Source: Emiliania huxleyi CCMP1516
Lineage: Eukaryota
Direction: 5' to 3'
NCBI RefSeq assembly: GCF_000372725.1
Contig: NW_005201092.1
Location: forward strand, 232,395 to 296,394
DNA: 64,000 bases
Positions 30,434 through 53,700 of the stretch are shown here, in pieces (position 1 is the first letter of the stretch; each line of letters opens with the position of its first letter). Both the position numbers and the translations under genes were made by a program. The notes under the pieces were generated by a model. That model saw nothing but the letters and a program-made list of their open reading frames with translations. It searched no databases and was not told the DNA's origin.

Positions 30434-30793
30434 TTGAAAAGAGTTCTTAAAATACAAGCCTCTCTCACAGCACACTGGCACGACAAGGGCGCGGACTGGC
30501 GCGGACTGGCACACACACCGGCTCACCGTTGAAAAGAATTGAAAAGAATTTTGGGCGGAGCGCGCGCGAAAAGAATTTAGGCTAGGTCCAGACCAGACTG
30601 TTCCGTCGCCATTGGAGTGACACAATTTTGGTATTGCTAAAAATCTCTCTCTTGGAGTGCATTGCCGTTCTTAACGGAGTCGCTTAGGCGGCTCCGGTGG
30701 TGAGCCGGTGTGTGTGCCAGTCCGCGCCAGTCCGCGCCCTTGTCGTGCCAGTGTGCTGTGAGAGGCGTGCGTGTATTTTAAGAATTCTCTTTC
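30434..30793. mobile_element. Two outward-facing family-A-related 3' UTR copies forming a ~90-bp inverted repeat
   Basis: 30436-30527 is the reverse complement of ~30700-30793. The right arm carries GGAGTCGCTTAGGCGGCTCC, shared with the copies at ~24526-24545 and 45252-45270. Confidence 0.75.
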
Positions 30794-30974
30794 TATCTAT
30801 CTAGCCCAGTGTTGTGCGAGAAAAGAATCACTGGCCGCAAAGAAGAGATTACCCCGAGTTGTGTATCGCGCGCCTTGCGGGGGGGGCGCGGAAAAGAGGA
30901 ACCTCTTTAGCGCCATCGCCATGCTACGGCTTTGTTTCCCGGACGCTCGTAACAGAAACGTGTGTGGTGTGTAT

Positions 30975-31582
30975 ATGCAGTCCAACGCGGCTCACGCGGC
31001 GCATCCCGCCTTGCGAGGCGCGGCGTGGGCGCCACCGGCCCAGGACGTGGACGTGCCGGCGTGGACGCCCGACATGGACCAGATGCTCACGCTGATCCTC
31101 CGCCATTCCCGCTTCCGCTTCGACGAGGCCACGCCACGCACAGCTCACCCTCCACCGCCCGGCGCAGCGCCCGACACCGGTGGTCTCCTCTCAGGCGGCG
31201 CGCCGGATGCAAAGTTACGTTGCCACGGTGCGAGAGGCTGGCGGCGACCTGCCCGACTCTGTGCAGCCACCGGTGCGTCGGCCGCAACCCGCCCCCTTGC
31301 ACGAATCGCCCTGCCTCACCCACGCCGCACTGCCTTCGCCAGAGCTACGACGCCGTCGCCTGCCGGATGCGGTACGCCGAGCTCGACCTGCGGTCGTGCC
31401 GGGCGCTCAGTGGGTGCCCTACATCGCCGTCTAGCCCGGCGGACCCGTCGGAGACGGCGCCTGCAGCAGCGGCGGTGCCGCGAGGCGATAGAATGAAGGA
31501 GAGCGACTCGGACTGCGCAGATGGACACGGCGTGCTCGACGTGCATGCACTCCGATGTCGGCTGATTGCGGGGGAGAGCTGA
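30975..31582 (+). CDS. Hypothetical small protein, possible Myb/SANT-like repeat (spliced)
   Basis: WTPDMDQMLTLIL..SRFRFDE...ACRMRYAELD has Myb-like spacing across predicted exons. Confidence 0.3.
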
Positions 31583-31657
31583 CAGGCGCTCAGGTTCATC
31601 TCACTCGTCCCTTCACACCGCGGAGGCCCCAGCAAGGCCGATCGACCTTGCGTGTGC

Positions 31658-31777
<120 letters not shown>

Positions 31778-31788
31778 GTGTGTGTGCG

Positions 31789-31836
<48 letters not shown>

Positions 31837-32083
31837 GGCGCTCTTGTCGCCCCGCCCTTGCCGCTTTCCACCCTGCCCCCCAAGACGCAGCCTCGCGCGT
31901 GATTTGTGTTTGGCCGCCTCTTATCCCTGTACCCTCCTTCCCTGTAGCCGCCGCATTTCGCGCCCTCCCCAAACCTAAATCGTCCCTACAGTTACATACA
32001 TACTTACTACGCGGGATTGGAGGAGTTCCCCCTATGATTTGGTAGGTTTTCGTAGTATTTCGATGGGGAGGAGGGGAAGACGT

Positions 32084-33290
32084 CGAGCCACAGGTCTCTA
32101 TATTGCGCAATGTCACTCGCTGTGCCGCCGGCCTTGAGCGTTAGCATCGCGATCCATTCCCTCCACACCTCCGGGTATTCCTCCGTTCGGATGCATCGCA
32201 TCGTCGCTTCCCAGTATGCTCGTTGCAACCACTCTGGTGCACGCAGCAGTAGGTACGCGTTGAAGCCGTCCTTCCCCGTTCCCTTCTTGGCCTTGCACTT
32301 TGCGAGGGCTCGTTTGAAGTTCTCCCACGAGCACACTCTCTCCACCACGCTGGTCGTGTCGTCTCGTTCGTCTTCTTCCGTCCCACTCTGTGCGCCACTG
32401 GTGTCGCCGCCGCCGCCATCGCTGTTCTGCGGCAGTAATTCTTTTATCAGCGTCGCCATGACCCTCGTCGCTACTGGGACGGCCCTGAGCGTCCGCTCTC
32501 CGTGTCTGGCCGCTGCCGCCCTCACTGCCGCGGGCTCCTCGTGCGTTATGTCCGGTCCTTGTTGCGGCGGGGGCGCTTTCTCTATGATTCTCGTTATCTT
32601 CGCCGTTCGTGCGGTCCTGCGTCCCCTCGCTCGGTTTAGTATCCTGAATACGTCTCGTATCAGTCCTTGCTTTGTCGTCGTTATTAGTCGCTCCAGCTCG
32701 TGCACCGCCGCTCTCTCCCCCACCGCTCTCTCCGTCGAGTCCATCTTCTCAAGTCGTTTGCTCATTTTCTGCAGATGGTGTCGGCATGCATCCCGCGCGG
32801 CTTGCGCCCTCGCCGCATCGCCTCCGTGCCTCTCCCGCTTGATCACCTTTCTTAATTTTGCGTGGTGCCACAGTGCCTTGTAGATTCTGCGCTGTTCTGC
32901 GTCCCCGATATCGTTTGCGTCCTCTCCCGTCTCCCCTCGGTACCGTTCCGCCTCTCCCGCCAGCCTCGACCACCGGCCAATCTGTTCACAGAGCGACGCG
33001 CGGTGCGTCTTCGCCGCTGGCCGCTCCTCGTCCCCGTCCTCGTCTCTTTGCGTCTTGCCCTTCTTTCGCTTGTTCCGGATCGCCGTCGCCGCCGCTTCCA
33101 TCATAGCCTGTGACTCTTCGATGTATGATTTCCCTCCTCCCGTCCTTTTCCACGTCTCTCCTCCTATTTGCCACATATTCTTCATGGACCCCGTCTCAGT
33201 CATGTACGTCGCCCATTCCGCCTCGTCCCAGTCGTCTAGTTTTACTCCAATCCAGCGCAGAACCCTGCAACGCTGGCATATACCAGACAC
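32084..33290 (-). mobile_element. Non-LTR retrotransposon ORF fragment reaching only the start of the RT domain
   Basis: KKGTGKDG (KAPGPDG-like), YPEVWREWIAMLTLKAG and YRDLWL (YRPISL-like). It breaks before YADD. Uninterrupted 1.2-kb ORF with atypical composition. Confidence 0.8.
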
Positions 33291-33297
33291 AACAAGA

Positions 33298-33369
33298 CTA
33301 ACCCTGACCCTAACCCTAACCCTAACCCTAACCCTCTAACCCTAATAACCCTAACCTAAGTCCTAACCC
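33298..33369. repeat. Interstitial telomere-type (CCCTAA)n array, degenerate at its right end
   Basis: CTAACCCTGACCCTAACCCTAACCCTAACCCTAACCCT... Confidence 0.9.
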
Positions 33370-34086
33370 ACCCCCCAACTCCACACCGCAAATTTGAAAG
33401 ATATTGTTGAAAATCAGGCCCGGCCGCAAATTTCTTCAAAATTTTCGCAGGCGCTCCGCGCCTGCAGATTTTGAAATAAATTCGACAAAATTGGTACCTG
33501 GCCCAAGGTGCTGGTTTCTTTGCCCAGGCCTAGCCTACGACCCTATGGCATGGATCAGCTGAGCAAGGCGGTTTGGCTTTGGGGGAGAATGAATCCCCCA
33601 TTCAGATCTTCAGATGATTTGACGGATGACCAAAATCACCCCGGTTTTGCTCATTTTGGGGGTGCCCGGTCGAGGCAGGACGAGCGCGCGGGCCCCGGCA
33701 CCCCGGGGGGGGCGCGGGGGGCGGGGGGCGGCCCGGACGCCGCTCGCCGGGCACGGGCGTGAGGCACCCTGCAAGCAAGATTGCCCCCACTCGCTTGCTT
33801 TTTTTCGCTCCAGTCCTGCGGATCTTCATAGTAGACCGGAGGGCTAAACGTACGGAAGCCTACACGCCTTCACACACGCACTCGCACACTCCAAGGGGCT
33901 GGATTGCCCCTCACTCTTCTCTTCTCTCTTCCGTCTAAACGCCACCTAGAATACTGCTCCCAAACACATGCGTACTAACTCCCCCACGCACGGGTCCGTC
34001 TCAGGCGGCCAACAAGTACGATAACCGAGAAGTGCCCGGGCCCAACACAAGTAATGGCAGACACCCCAATCCCAAGGCCCCGCGGC

Positions 34087-45110
<11,024 letters not shown>

Positions 45111-45175
45111 CCGCCCTCGCGCCCGAGGTGCCGCGCCGCTGGGACTGCGCGGGTTGGCCAAATCCGAAAAGAATC

Positions 45176-45303
45176 TTACGCAACAAAACTCCCTCGCACA
45201 ACACTGGGCACGGGACTGGCGCGCACTGGCACGAACACAGGTACACCACGGGAGCCGCCTAAGCGACTCCTGCGAGGGTGGCGAGGCACTTAGCTCCGTG
45301 CAC
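45176..45303 (-). mobile_element. 128-bp 5'-truncated family A retro-insertion with 12-bp TSD
   Basis: Matches 24441-24580. CCGAAAAGAATC at 45164-45175 and 45304-45315. Confidence 0.88.
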
Positions 45304-45334
45304 CCGAAAAGAATCCGAAAAGGATTCGGAGCAT

Positions 45335-45862
45335 GTCGGGGCGGGCGCGGTGCTCGGCATCGACGTCGTCCACAAGGACGTCGAGCTGAACGACAAGGCG
45401 TGGCTCCACGAGGCGCAGGGCTACCTCAACCACCCCAAGGGCGCCATCACCCTCGCCACGCGCTGCGTCGGCGTGGGCCCTAACTCGGTGTGCATCTACC
45501 ACCGCTCGAGGCTGCCGGGATGCGTCCCGTGCGACATCGGCGAGGCGCGAGTGCCACGCACGCTGTCGCTCTTCGAGCACCTCAGCGGCACGCACTGGGA
45601 CGGGTGCAACTACGGCGGCTGGTTGGCCACGGGGCACGCATCCCTCAACACTCACGTCACGAACGTCGCCCGCGCCTTCGGCGCCTCGGCAAAGGTCATG
45701 GAGGTGAGGCTCGGCTGCAGGGACCCGACGCGGGCGCACGATCCGGACACCAACCCGTACCAGCGGGGCGACGGCGTCTTCGGCAACTATGCAGAGTCGG
45801 CACGCGCCGTGGTGTACGACGGCACGTGCGTCACCGCGGTGCACCATGACAGGCTGAGGTGA
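45335..45862 (+). mobile_element. Fragment of an RLE-type retrotransposon ORF (Zn knuckle plus PD-(D/E)XK-like part)
   Basis: AWL...CVPC...GTHWDGCNYGG...GHASL...ARAFG...E...QRGDG...VVYDGT follows the CCHC-RH[DN]-E-R[PG]D-D layout. No in-frame ATG start. Confidence 0.55.
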
Positions 45863-46169
45863 CGCGCATTGCGCCAGAAGCGTGCACGCAGCTGGAAGGA
45901 CACCTTCCTACTGGCCGATCGGTCGTCACTGAATGCTTGATACTAAGGCCGCGAGCTATGCAGGTGATCAATTGTGCAGCATGGCACGGTCAGCAGCGCC
46001 GACAGGCTGTCGCAAGGCGTGATAGCATGGCCGCAAGTACGCCGAATTCCCATGAAAACAAGTAAAAAATCGCGGAAAAAAAGAAAAAAACTCCAAAAAA
46101 TCGGCGCCTGCGGCGGGCCATGGGACCCCATCTCCCCCCCGCATGGACACCCTCTGGGGCCCCCGCGCC

Positions 46170-47075
46170 GGCCCAGAGTGTCGCTCCTGTGTGACCGTCG
46201 GCGTCACCGCCCGTCCCGCGTCCACCCCCAAGAAGCCGAAGCCGTTGAGCACCCACGCGTGTCTCAGCTCGAGATCGTGGTAATTGGACACGTTCTGCGC
46301 CTCGAGCAACGCCGCGTTTTGAGAGAGAAGGGTCGACTCCCGAAGGAGCTGGCCTTCCGCCGTCGCGACGGTCCAGTTTTGGAAGAGCCCGCCCTCAACG
46401 GCGTAGCCCTCGTCAATGTTACCGTAGTAGGAGCCAAAGTACTTCCAAAGCGAGCTGTGGAAGAGGAAGTCGTCCCCAAAGGACGCGCCGTCTGTTCAAA
46501 GGAGGCGTGGGTGAGTGGTGGCGCGGCTAATTCACAGCCTGGGCGAGAGCAGCACACAGGCGTGCTTATCGATGAACCAGTTCCAGTAGGGCAGGCCCTC
46601 GAGGCGGGGCTCGATGGCCAGTAGCGACAGCTCGTATTCGCGCTGTGGGCATGGAGAGGGCGTGTGGAGGCAGGAGTGCGGCTGTGAAAAGCGCAGGGTG
46701 CGCAGCAGGGGACCGGAGCGGTGTGGGCATGGGGAGGGTGTGTGGAGGCAGGAGTGCGGCTGTGAAAAGCTCAGGGTGCGCAGCAGGGGACCGGAGCGGG
46801 TGCGCCACCGTGATCGCAAAGTGAAAGCCGAGGAAGCCCGGCCCGCCATGGCCCTGATCGCAGTCTTTGTCGACGGTCGCAGACGCATGCTTGCGTAGGA
46901 GGTACTCGTGCGTCCGAAAGTGCGAACCATACAGGGCTGTGCCCTCTGTCAGCGTGTGGCGCTTCATCACGTGCATCGCGGCGAAGAAATTCTCACGCTC
47001 AGTCTCTGAGAGCGAGCGGATCTCGCGGCGCATCACCGGCCGCACGGCGGCCGCCACTAGGAGAGCGGGCAGCAT
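46170..47075 (-). pseudogene. Tyrosinase-like gene with signal peptide and CuA half only
   Basis: RREIRSLSETER..FF.AM, KHA...DQGHGGPGFLGFH, YELSLLAIEP..GLPYWNW. Coding character is lost near 46170 and no CuB motif was seen. Confidence 0.7.
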
Positions 47076-48849
47076 GGCTGGCGAGGCTCCTCGGCGGACC
47101 CTCGGTCGCTCGCGGCAGCGCGCGCCGCTTGACGGCGGGGGGGGGACAAAACGCTGGTATAACACGAAAACGCTGCCTTGGGGAGGGTACCCATTCGTTG
47201 CTGGTAGCGAGTCGACGCTGCTTGACCTGCCAGCGTCGACTCGCCCTGTTCGCAGATCTCCTCTGCTGGCGCCATGTGCCTGTCGCCGGCGCTGCAGAGC
47301 GGCGAGGACATCGTCAGCCACCAGCTCGAGCTGCAGTCGATCTTGCACGGTGTGCACCAGCGCTACGCCGGCCGCCAAGGGCGGTACAACAAGCACGACA
47401 CGGCGCGGCTCCGCTACATCAAAAACACCGCCTTCCCGGGCCTGCGCTTCGGCAAGATGGTGCCGGAGCGAGACATGGCGATGCTCAGCCCTCTCCCACC
47501 GTCGCGGATCGCCCGTCACCTCGCCTCTCCGCAGGGTCATCTCTCGCGCCGTCTGCATCTCTCTGCCGGTCGCCAGCACCCGCCACCGACTGGCTGCACC
47601 GCCACTCGCGACGCGCCACCCTCGCTCACCAGCCTGCATACGCGCTACTCCCGCCGTGCCTTTGCTGCCACATGGATCGCATGTCACTGCAAACGCGCCC
47701 GCAGCCGCGCCGTAAAGGTCTGCCTTGCTGGCTGACGATCTCACTCTCCCGCTCCTATTGCATCTGCCTCCCGCCTCCCAGCTCACATTTGACACTGCAG
47801 TAGGTGCTCCTGTCGACGCTGCCGCCGCTGCCACCGCTACTGTCACCGCTCGTTTGATAATCGACGCCACGCTTAGCGGCAGCGAGATCCGAGGTTGAGT
47901 CAACTTGCCTGGTGCGCTCTTGCGCGTGCCTTCAAGATCCACAAGTCAATTTGTACCAGAAATCCAAAGGTGGTGCAAAATGGATATCTCAAGATTGGCC
48001 TTTATTTCGCGCACCTGCTCTCCGCCGCCGCCGCTTACCTGCTGGCACGCCACCGCCCCGCGTCGCTAACTCAAGCCTCCCTGCTGCATCTTGCCACCCC
48101 TGCCACATGACTCGACCGCCGTCGCTGCTACCGCCCTCCCCGCCGCCCTCGAAGGCGCCACCAGCATTACGGCCGCCTTCATATCTCATTGATGCTGCCA
48201 CCAACGCCACTTCCTCGATTCTGTGCCGCTGCAGCGGCGAGGCGCCGTCGCCACGATCGCCGCCAGCGCTGCTGATAGCCTCGGAGCGTCGCCGTGGCCG
48301 CGTTCTGGTCTGCCCACGCTTCCCTAAAACGTCTAGGACGAGCTCAGAGGCTAAGGGCGCATCATGTGGGACCATCTAGCTCTACTGGGTCCGCGACGGT
48401 GGTCGGCGCACCCCCGTCTCGAACGTGTGTGCTCTCTGTCTGTCTGTCTGTTGTTTCGGCTAAGTCGTTTTGTACCGGATTTCAATGTTAGTGGCAAAAC
48501 CGCGGAGCCGAAAATGGCGTTTAATTTCGCGCACCTGCTGTCCGCCGCCTGCGGCGGCGCTCCGCGCCGCTTGGGGCGCCTGCGGCGCCCCTGGGCGCGC
48601 TGCGCGCGCCTGTTTTGGGGGGGCTACCAGCACCGAAAAAGTGCCCCTTTTTGATGTGTAAACGCTGCCTTTGACAACGCCCTCGCTGCCTTTGTCGTAC
48701 GTACTTTTAGCTTACTGGGCCCTACGCGCGGCGTGAGAGCTCGGAAGCGAGCTTTGCACGGCGATCGAGGATGGCGCGGTTCACCCCCTTCACCGAAGCG
48801 ATGGAAATGCGTTCCGCGTGGTGTGACACAAATGAGAGGCAGGAGTGGG

Positions 48850-49349
48850 AAGGGTACGCGGTGCGGTCAACGCCCGAGCGTTGAGCCTTGGCTTGCGCGC
48901 AAGGCGGTTGATCTTTGCAACTGCAGGCGGCGAGAAGCCGCCGCCGAATGTCTCGTGGAGAAGCAGGTTGAACTTGTTTCGTTTGGTGAAGATCCCATCA
49001 TGGTAGTGGCCACGCTGTGACTTGACGTAGCCTTGGCCTTTGTATGCGACAACGCTGTGTGTTTGCCTGAGCGGCCCGCCAGCAGGGAGGTCGATCTTCG
49101 GACGTGTCCACGTGGCAGCAGCAGGGGGCAGGGCACCAAGGGATGCTCCAACACAGGGCCGTGCGACGAGACCTTTCGCGCCGTCCTTCCCGAGAGACAG
49201 GCTGGGAGGCACTCGACATCTTTGCCGATGCCCTCACCGGCTACCGGCTTTATGATGTAACTTATTCCGGGGCCGGTGTGCGGGGAGCGAACCTTAACGA
49301 CCGCCCAGAAGCTTTCTGAGCGAACCAATCGGGCCAGGATCATCAGCAT
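48850..49349 (-). mobile_element. Degenerate RLE-type retroelement fragment
   Basis: GHYHDG...LLLHETFGGGFS..A..INRLAR parallels GDYRYA...LLLFESFGGFG at 24534-24887; frameshifted. Confidence 0.5.
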
Positions 49350-50763
49350 ATGTCCAGGGATGAGGGGAATGTGTCAGTGTGAGGGGTGCACCAACCGCAG
49401 AGCGTCGTGTTTTGCCTTTGAAAACTGAACAGTTTTTTTTAAAAACGGGCCGCCTAGTGCAGCATCACTAGTACAACACGCAACTACACTGAGGGCTCCA
49501 CACTAGCCGGTATAGGCGAGCCCCGGCGGCCTCACCGTCGCCGCTCGCGGCGGAGCCGACGGCGGAGCCACGGGCGGGTGCGACCTTTTGGGGGGACATG
49601 AGCTCGCCAGAGGACGTCACCGATGGCTCGGCGCGCCTCTTCCCGCCAGCGCGGGGCGGCCCACCTACAGGAGCGAGGGGGAGGTGGTCGTGAGCTCACT
49701 TTGTCGGCCGCGCGCGAGGTGAAAACTGAGTGTGAGGCGCGCAGGAGGCGAGGGTGGGCGCGCCGGCGGTCGAGTTACCGAACAATTCGACGTGGCGCAG
49801 CTCCGCGCCGGCGGGGACGACCGAGCACATGATGTCGGCGGCGGTCACGCGACGAGGGAGAGCCGCAGGAGCCCTCTGAGAGCCAGGCGCGCGAAAGCAG
49901 CGATGAGTGGCGCCGCGATCAGCCACCTGTGGGCGGTCATCGGGGTCGCGGTCAAGCTCGCGACGGGGTGAATCTGGTGCGTCTAGTGTCACTGGTGGGC
50001 TGGGTGTGCAGCAGCCGCGCTCAAAAAGAGGGAAAAAACTCGACAACTGTTTGGAGTGTCTACTTTCTCGACACACCGTTCTCGGCCCGGCCGGAAAGCT
50101 GGCTGGTGGTCGCGCGCGGCGCGTCAGCGCCACTCCGACTGGTCGGGCACCTCGGCTGGGTCCATCGGCAAGAGGCCCGCGCCGTCGGGCGGCCCCGGGA
50201 GCGCATGATGCCCCTCCGAGAGGCGCTGACGCCCCGCCGAGATCGCGCTGGTTTGGCACGAAAAACGAGAAGCGCGAAGGGGGGGGTCCGAATAAGTTAC
50301 ATCATAGCTTGCTTTGGGCGGCGCTGTCTCTCACCTGGAAGAATGCCAGCAAAGACTAGCTGCACCCGTGACCCGAGCTGCAAAAACTGCCAGCGGGAGC
50401 ACTAGAGCGCGCAGGGTTGACGTTGAGGGAGGAGGGCGCATGCCGAAGTATTTAATTAATACTTGAAGTAAGGATGATGATCAAAGAACCCTGCACAAAG
50501 ACCGCAGGGCGGGGACCTGTTCCTTTTTACCCATCTCCTAGTAGAGGTGTCCGTTTCATTTATTTATTTAGGATGATGATGGGGGACGGAGATGGAGGTC
50601 TAGTCTCAGACACTAGAGCTCAGTTTTGCACTCTTTGTGTTTCTTCTACAAGTCTTCTTTATTTGTACCTACGGCGGTGCACTCCTCTCGTCACGGAGAT
50701 ACGCGCTACTAGAGAAAAGGCGCTCCGACGAATCCTCTTTGTCTGCAGACATCTCTCGCTGCC

Positions 50764-53700
50764 TCACAGCAGCAGTAGCTCGCGGATCGTCCTCAGCCAC
50801 CGCTCTCTCCCGGCTCGCTGCAAGCCTGACCCTCCGGCAACGCCCGACGCCACCGACCCGTCCCCACCCGCCGCCTTCGCCGCGCTCGCCGCGCTCGCCG
50901 CCGCCCCGAGCCTCTCCATCTCCGACGCGTACCTATGCGAATGAATCATGACGGGCCCTCCGCTCACGGCGCCGTCCAGGTTGGGGTGCCTCCAGGCTCC
51001 GGCGCGCGCCGCTGCATCAGCGCCTTGGCGTAGCTCGGCACGTGCCTCGCCGCGCGCGTCTCGCCCATCCTCTCCTGTTCACAGCCGCGCGGTGTGAAGA
51101 GACGCTGTTCACATGCGTGCGTGTGCGCCGCCTCGCCGCTCCTGCACGTACAGCTGGTTGCGCACGTAGTGGTAGTCTATCGAGTACCTGTTCGGGCGAG
51201 GGAAGGGAAGGGAAGCTTCGCCACGCACACGAGGTAGAGGGGGAAGGGCCGGGCAGCCCTCGCGACTCCACGTCTAGACGACAGGAGCGGATGCACCTCG
51301 GCTGCATCTCGGCTGCGCCCCGGCCGCATCTCGGCTGCACCTCGGCTGCACCCCGGCTGCATCTCGGCTGCACCTCAGCTGCACCTCGGCTGCACCTCGG
51401 CCGCATCTCGGCTGCATCTCGGCCGCATCTCGGCTGCACCTCGCGAACTCGATCCCCTCGGGCAGCGTCTTCGCCACCAGAGAGGCGAGGAAGTTGCCCA
51501 GCCACGGGGGAGCGCCACGATCGGCGGGCACCTACCACACCACCCACGGGCCTGAACCCACGCTGGATTCGGTACTCTGGAGGTGTGGTGGAGCCCCCTG
51601 CTCGGCGGTCACCTGCTCACGGGTGGCGCGGTCCAGACGCCGTTCACAGATAGCGAGGGCGGAACCTCCTCTGCTCGGCGCGCACGTAGGCGGCGTCGGT
51701 CAGCGACTTCACCATCGAGTCCCCCTCCACCGTCTTCATCGCGATCAGCCGCCGGTCGCCCGCCGACGGCAGACGCCGCCCCCCATGCCCCCCCTCCTGC
51801 AGCACCTGGAGGTATGGGGAGGCATGGGGAGATATGGGGAGATAGGGGGAGATACTGGGAGATATGGGGAGATATGGCACCTCGACGCGGCCCGCCTCCA
51901 CCGCCGCCCGCAGCATCGCCCTCCCCCTCGCGTTCCGCACCGTCACCATCAGAGGCGCCGTCACCATCTCGTCCGCCTGAGATTCGACATCTGCCGAGAT
52001 CAGCCGAGATCGCAGCCAGCGGCGCCTCACGATCTCGTCCGGCTGAGGTTGGCGGAGATTGGCCGAGATTGGATGAGATCGGAATCAGAGGCGCGTGGCG
52101 GCCACCAAACGAGATGTGCCGAGATCGGGGGAGAACGGGGGAGAGATACCTTCGCGTCGAACGGCGCGCCCATGTACCCCACCACCAGATCGGCGAGGCC
52201 TAAAAAAGAAACATGGCGTGAAACAAGAGACGTAGTCGCCCGCCACCAGATCGGCGAGGCCTGAAAAAGAAACATGGCGTGAAACAAGAAACGTAGTCGC
52301 CCGCCACCAGATCGGCGAGGCCTAAAAAAGAAACATGGCGTGAAACAAGAAACGTAGTCGCCCGCCACCAGATCGGCGAGGCCGTTTGTGTAGTCGAAGC
52401 AGGCGAAGCACGAGGGGGCGATCGAGGGGATGCCGACCGAGGGGGGGAGGGTCATGTAGGCTGCCTTGACCACGCTCTCGCGGCCTATGGGAGATCTCGG
52501 GAGATGTGGGGAGATCTGAGGAGATGCGTAGGCTGCCTTGACCATGGTCTCGCTGCCAGGTGCGTCCGCCTCGAGGCTAACTGCGCCGCCACCGCCACCT
52601 CCGCTGCCGCCACCGCCGCCACCGCCGCCCCCGCCTCCGCCAATCCCGCCGCCGCTACCCTCACCGCCGCTGCCGCCGCCCCCGCCATCCCCTGCACCGC
52701 TGCCGCACTCCCCGCCGCCGCCCTCTCCGCCGCCGCCGTCCTCCTTGAGCCGCGCGTGCACTCTGAAGTCTGCCATGAACTCGTACGCAAGCACCTGTTG
52801 TTAGTGATCAGCCATATAGCCATTAGTGATCGACAGCTAGTCAGCCACGCACTCGTACACGCGAGCACATCGTTGGCTCGCTCCGCGCCGACGCCGGGCA
52901 GAGTCGAGACGAACGCTTGCGAGGCCTGAGAGTGGAGAGACGCAGCCGGTCGGGGGATATGCAGAACTGATCTCCCCAGGGTTCACCTCCACTGTGGCAC
53001 GGGATCCCCTACCCCCAGGGAGTGGGAACCCGCAGTGGACCGTCCCACTAAGCATATTGCAATATGCAGCCGTTCCTCGGCGAACCTCGGCGAACCTCGG
53101 CGAACCTCGGCGAACCTCGGCCGAAGAGGCGGGGCCTGTCTGGGCCGATCTCGGCGGAGCTCGGCGGAGCTCGGCTCTCTGCAGCGCCCCCGGGCCAATC
53201 TCGGGTCAATCTCGGGTCAATCTCGGCTAACCTCCGGGGTCAATCTCGGGTCAATCTCCGGTCAGTCTCCAGTCAACCTCGGGTGCATCTCGGCTAACCT
53301 CCGGGGTTGGGCTGTTGTCGACGCAATGCGTGCCGAGCACGTAGAGCCCGCCCGGCAGCAGGCCCAGCGCTGCCTCGGGCGCCGCGCCGTTGAGAGACCG
53401 CAGAGCCTGCACCGGGAGATGTGGGGGAGGTGTGGGGAGGTGTGGGGAGGTGTGGGGAGGTGTGGGGAGGTGTGGGGAGGTGTGGGGAGGTGAGGGGAGG
53501 TATGGGGAGGTGTGGGGAGGTGTGGGGAGGTGTTAGCAGTGCCTGCAGCCGAGAGAGCCCAGTTGGGCCGAGACAGATATAGCCGAGGCAGAGCCGAGAT
53601 TGTGCCGAGATCAATCGCAGCGCCTGCACGGCGCAGCCCACGCCGCAGAAGAGGAGCCGCCTGTTCACAGCCGACGCGGTGTGAACAGACGCCGTTCACA

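Noticed and set aside
47260..50400. Short protein-like ORFs at ~47274-47500, 47989-48375 and 49732-49971
   Set aside because: No recognisable family or coherent gene model.
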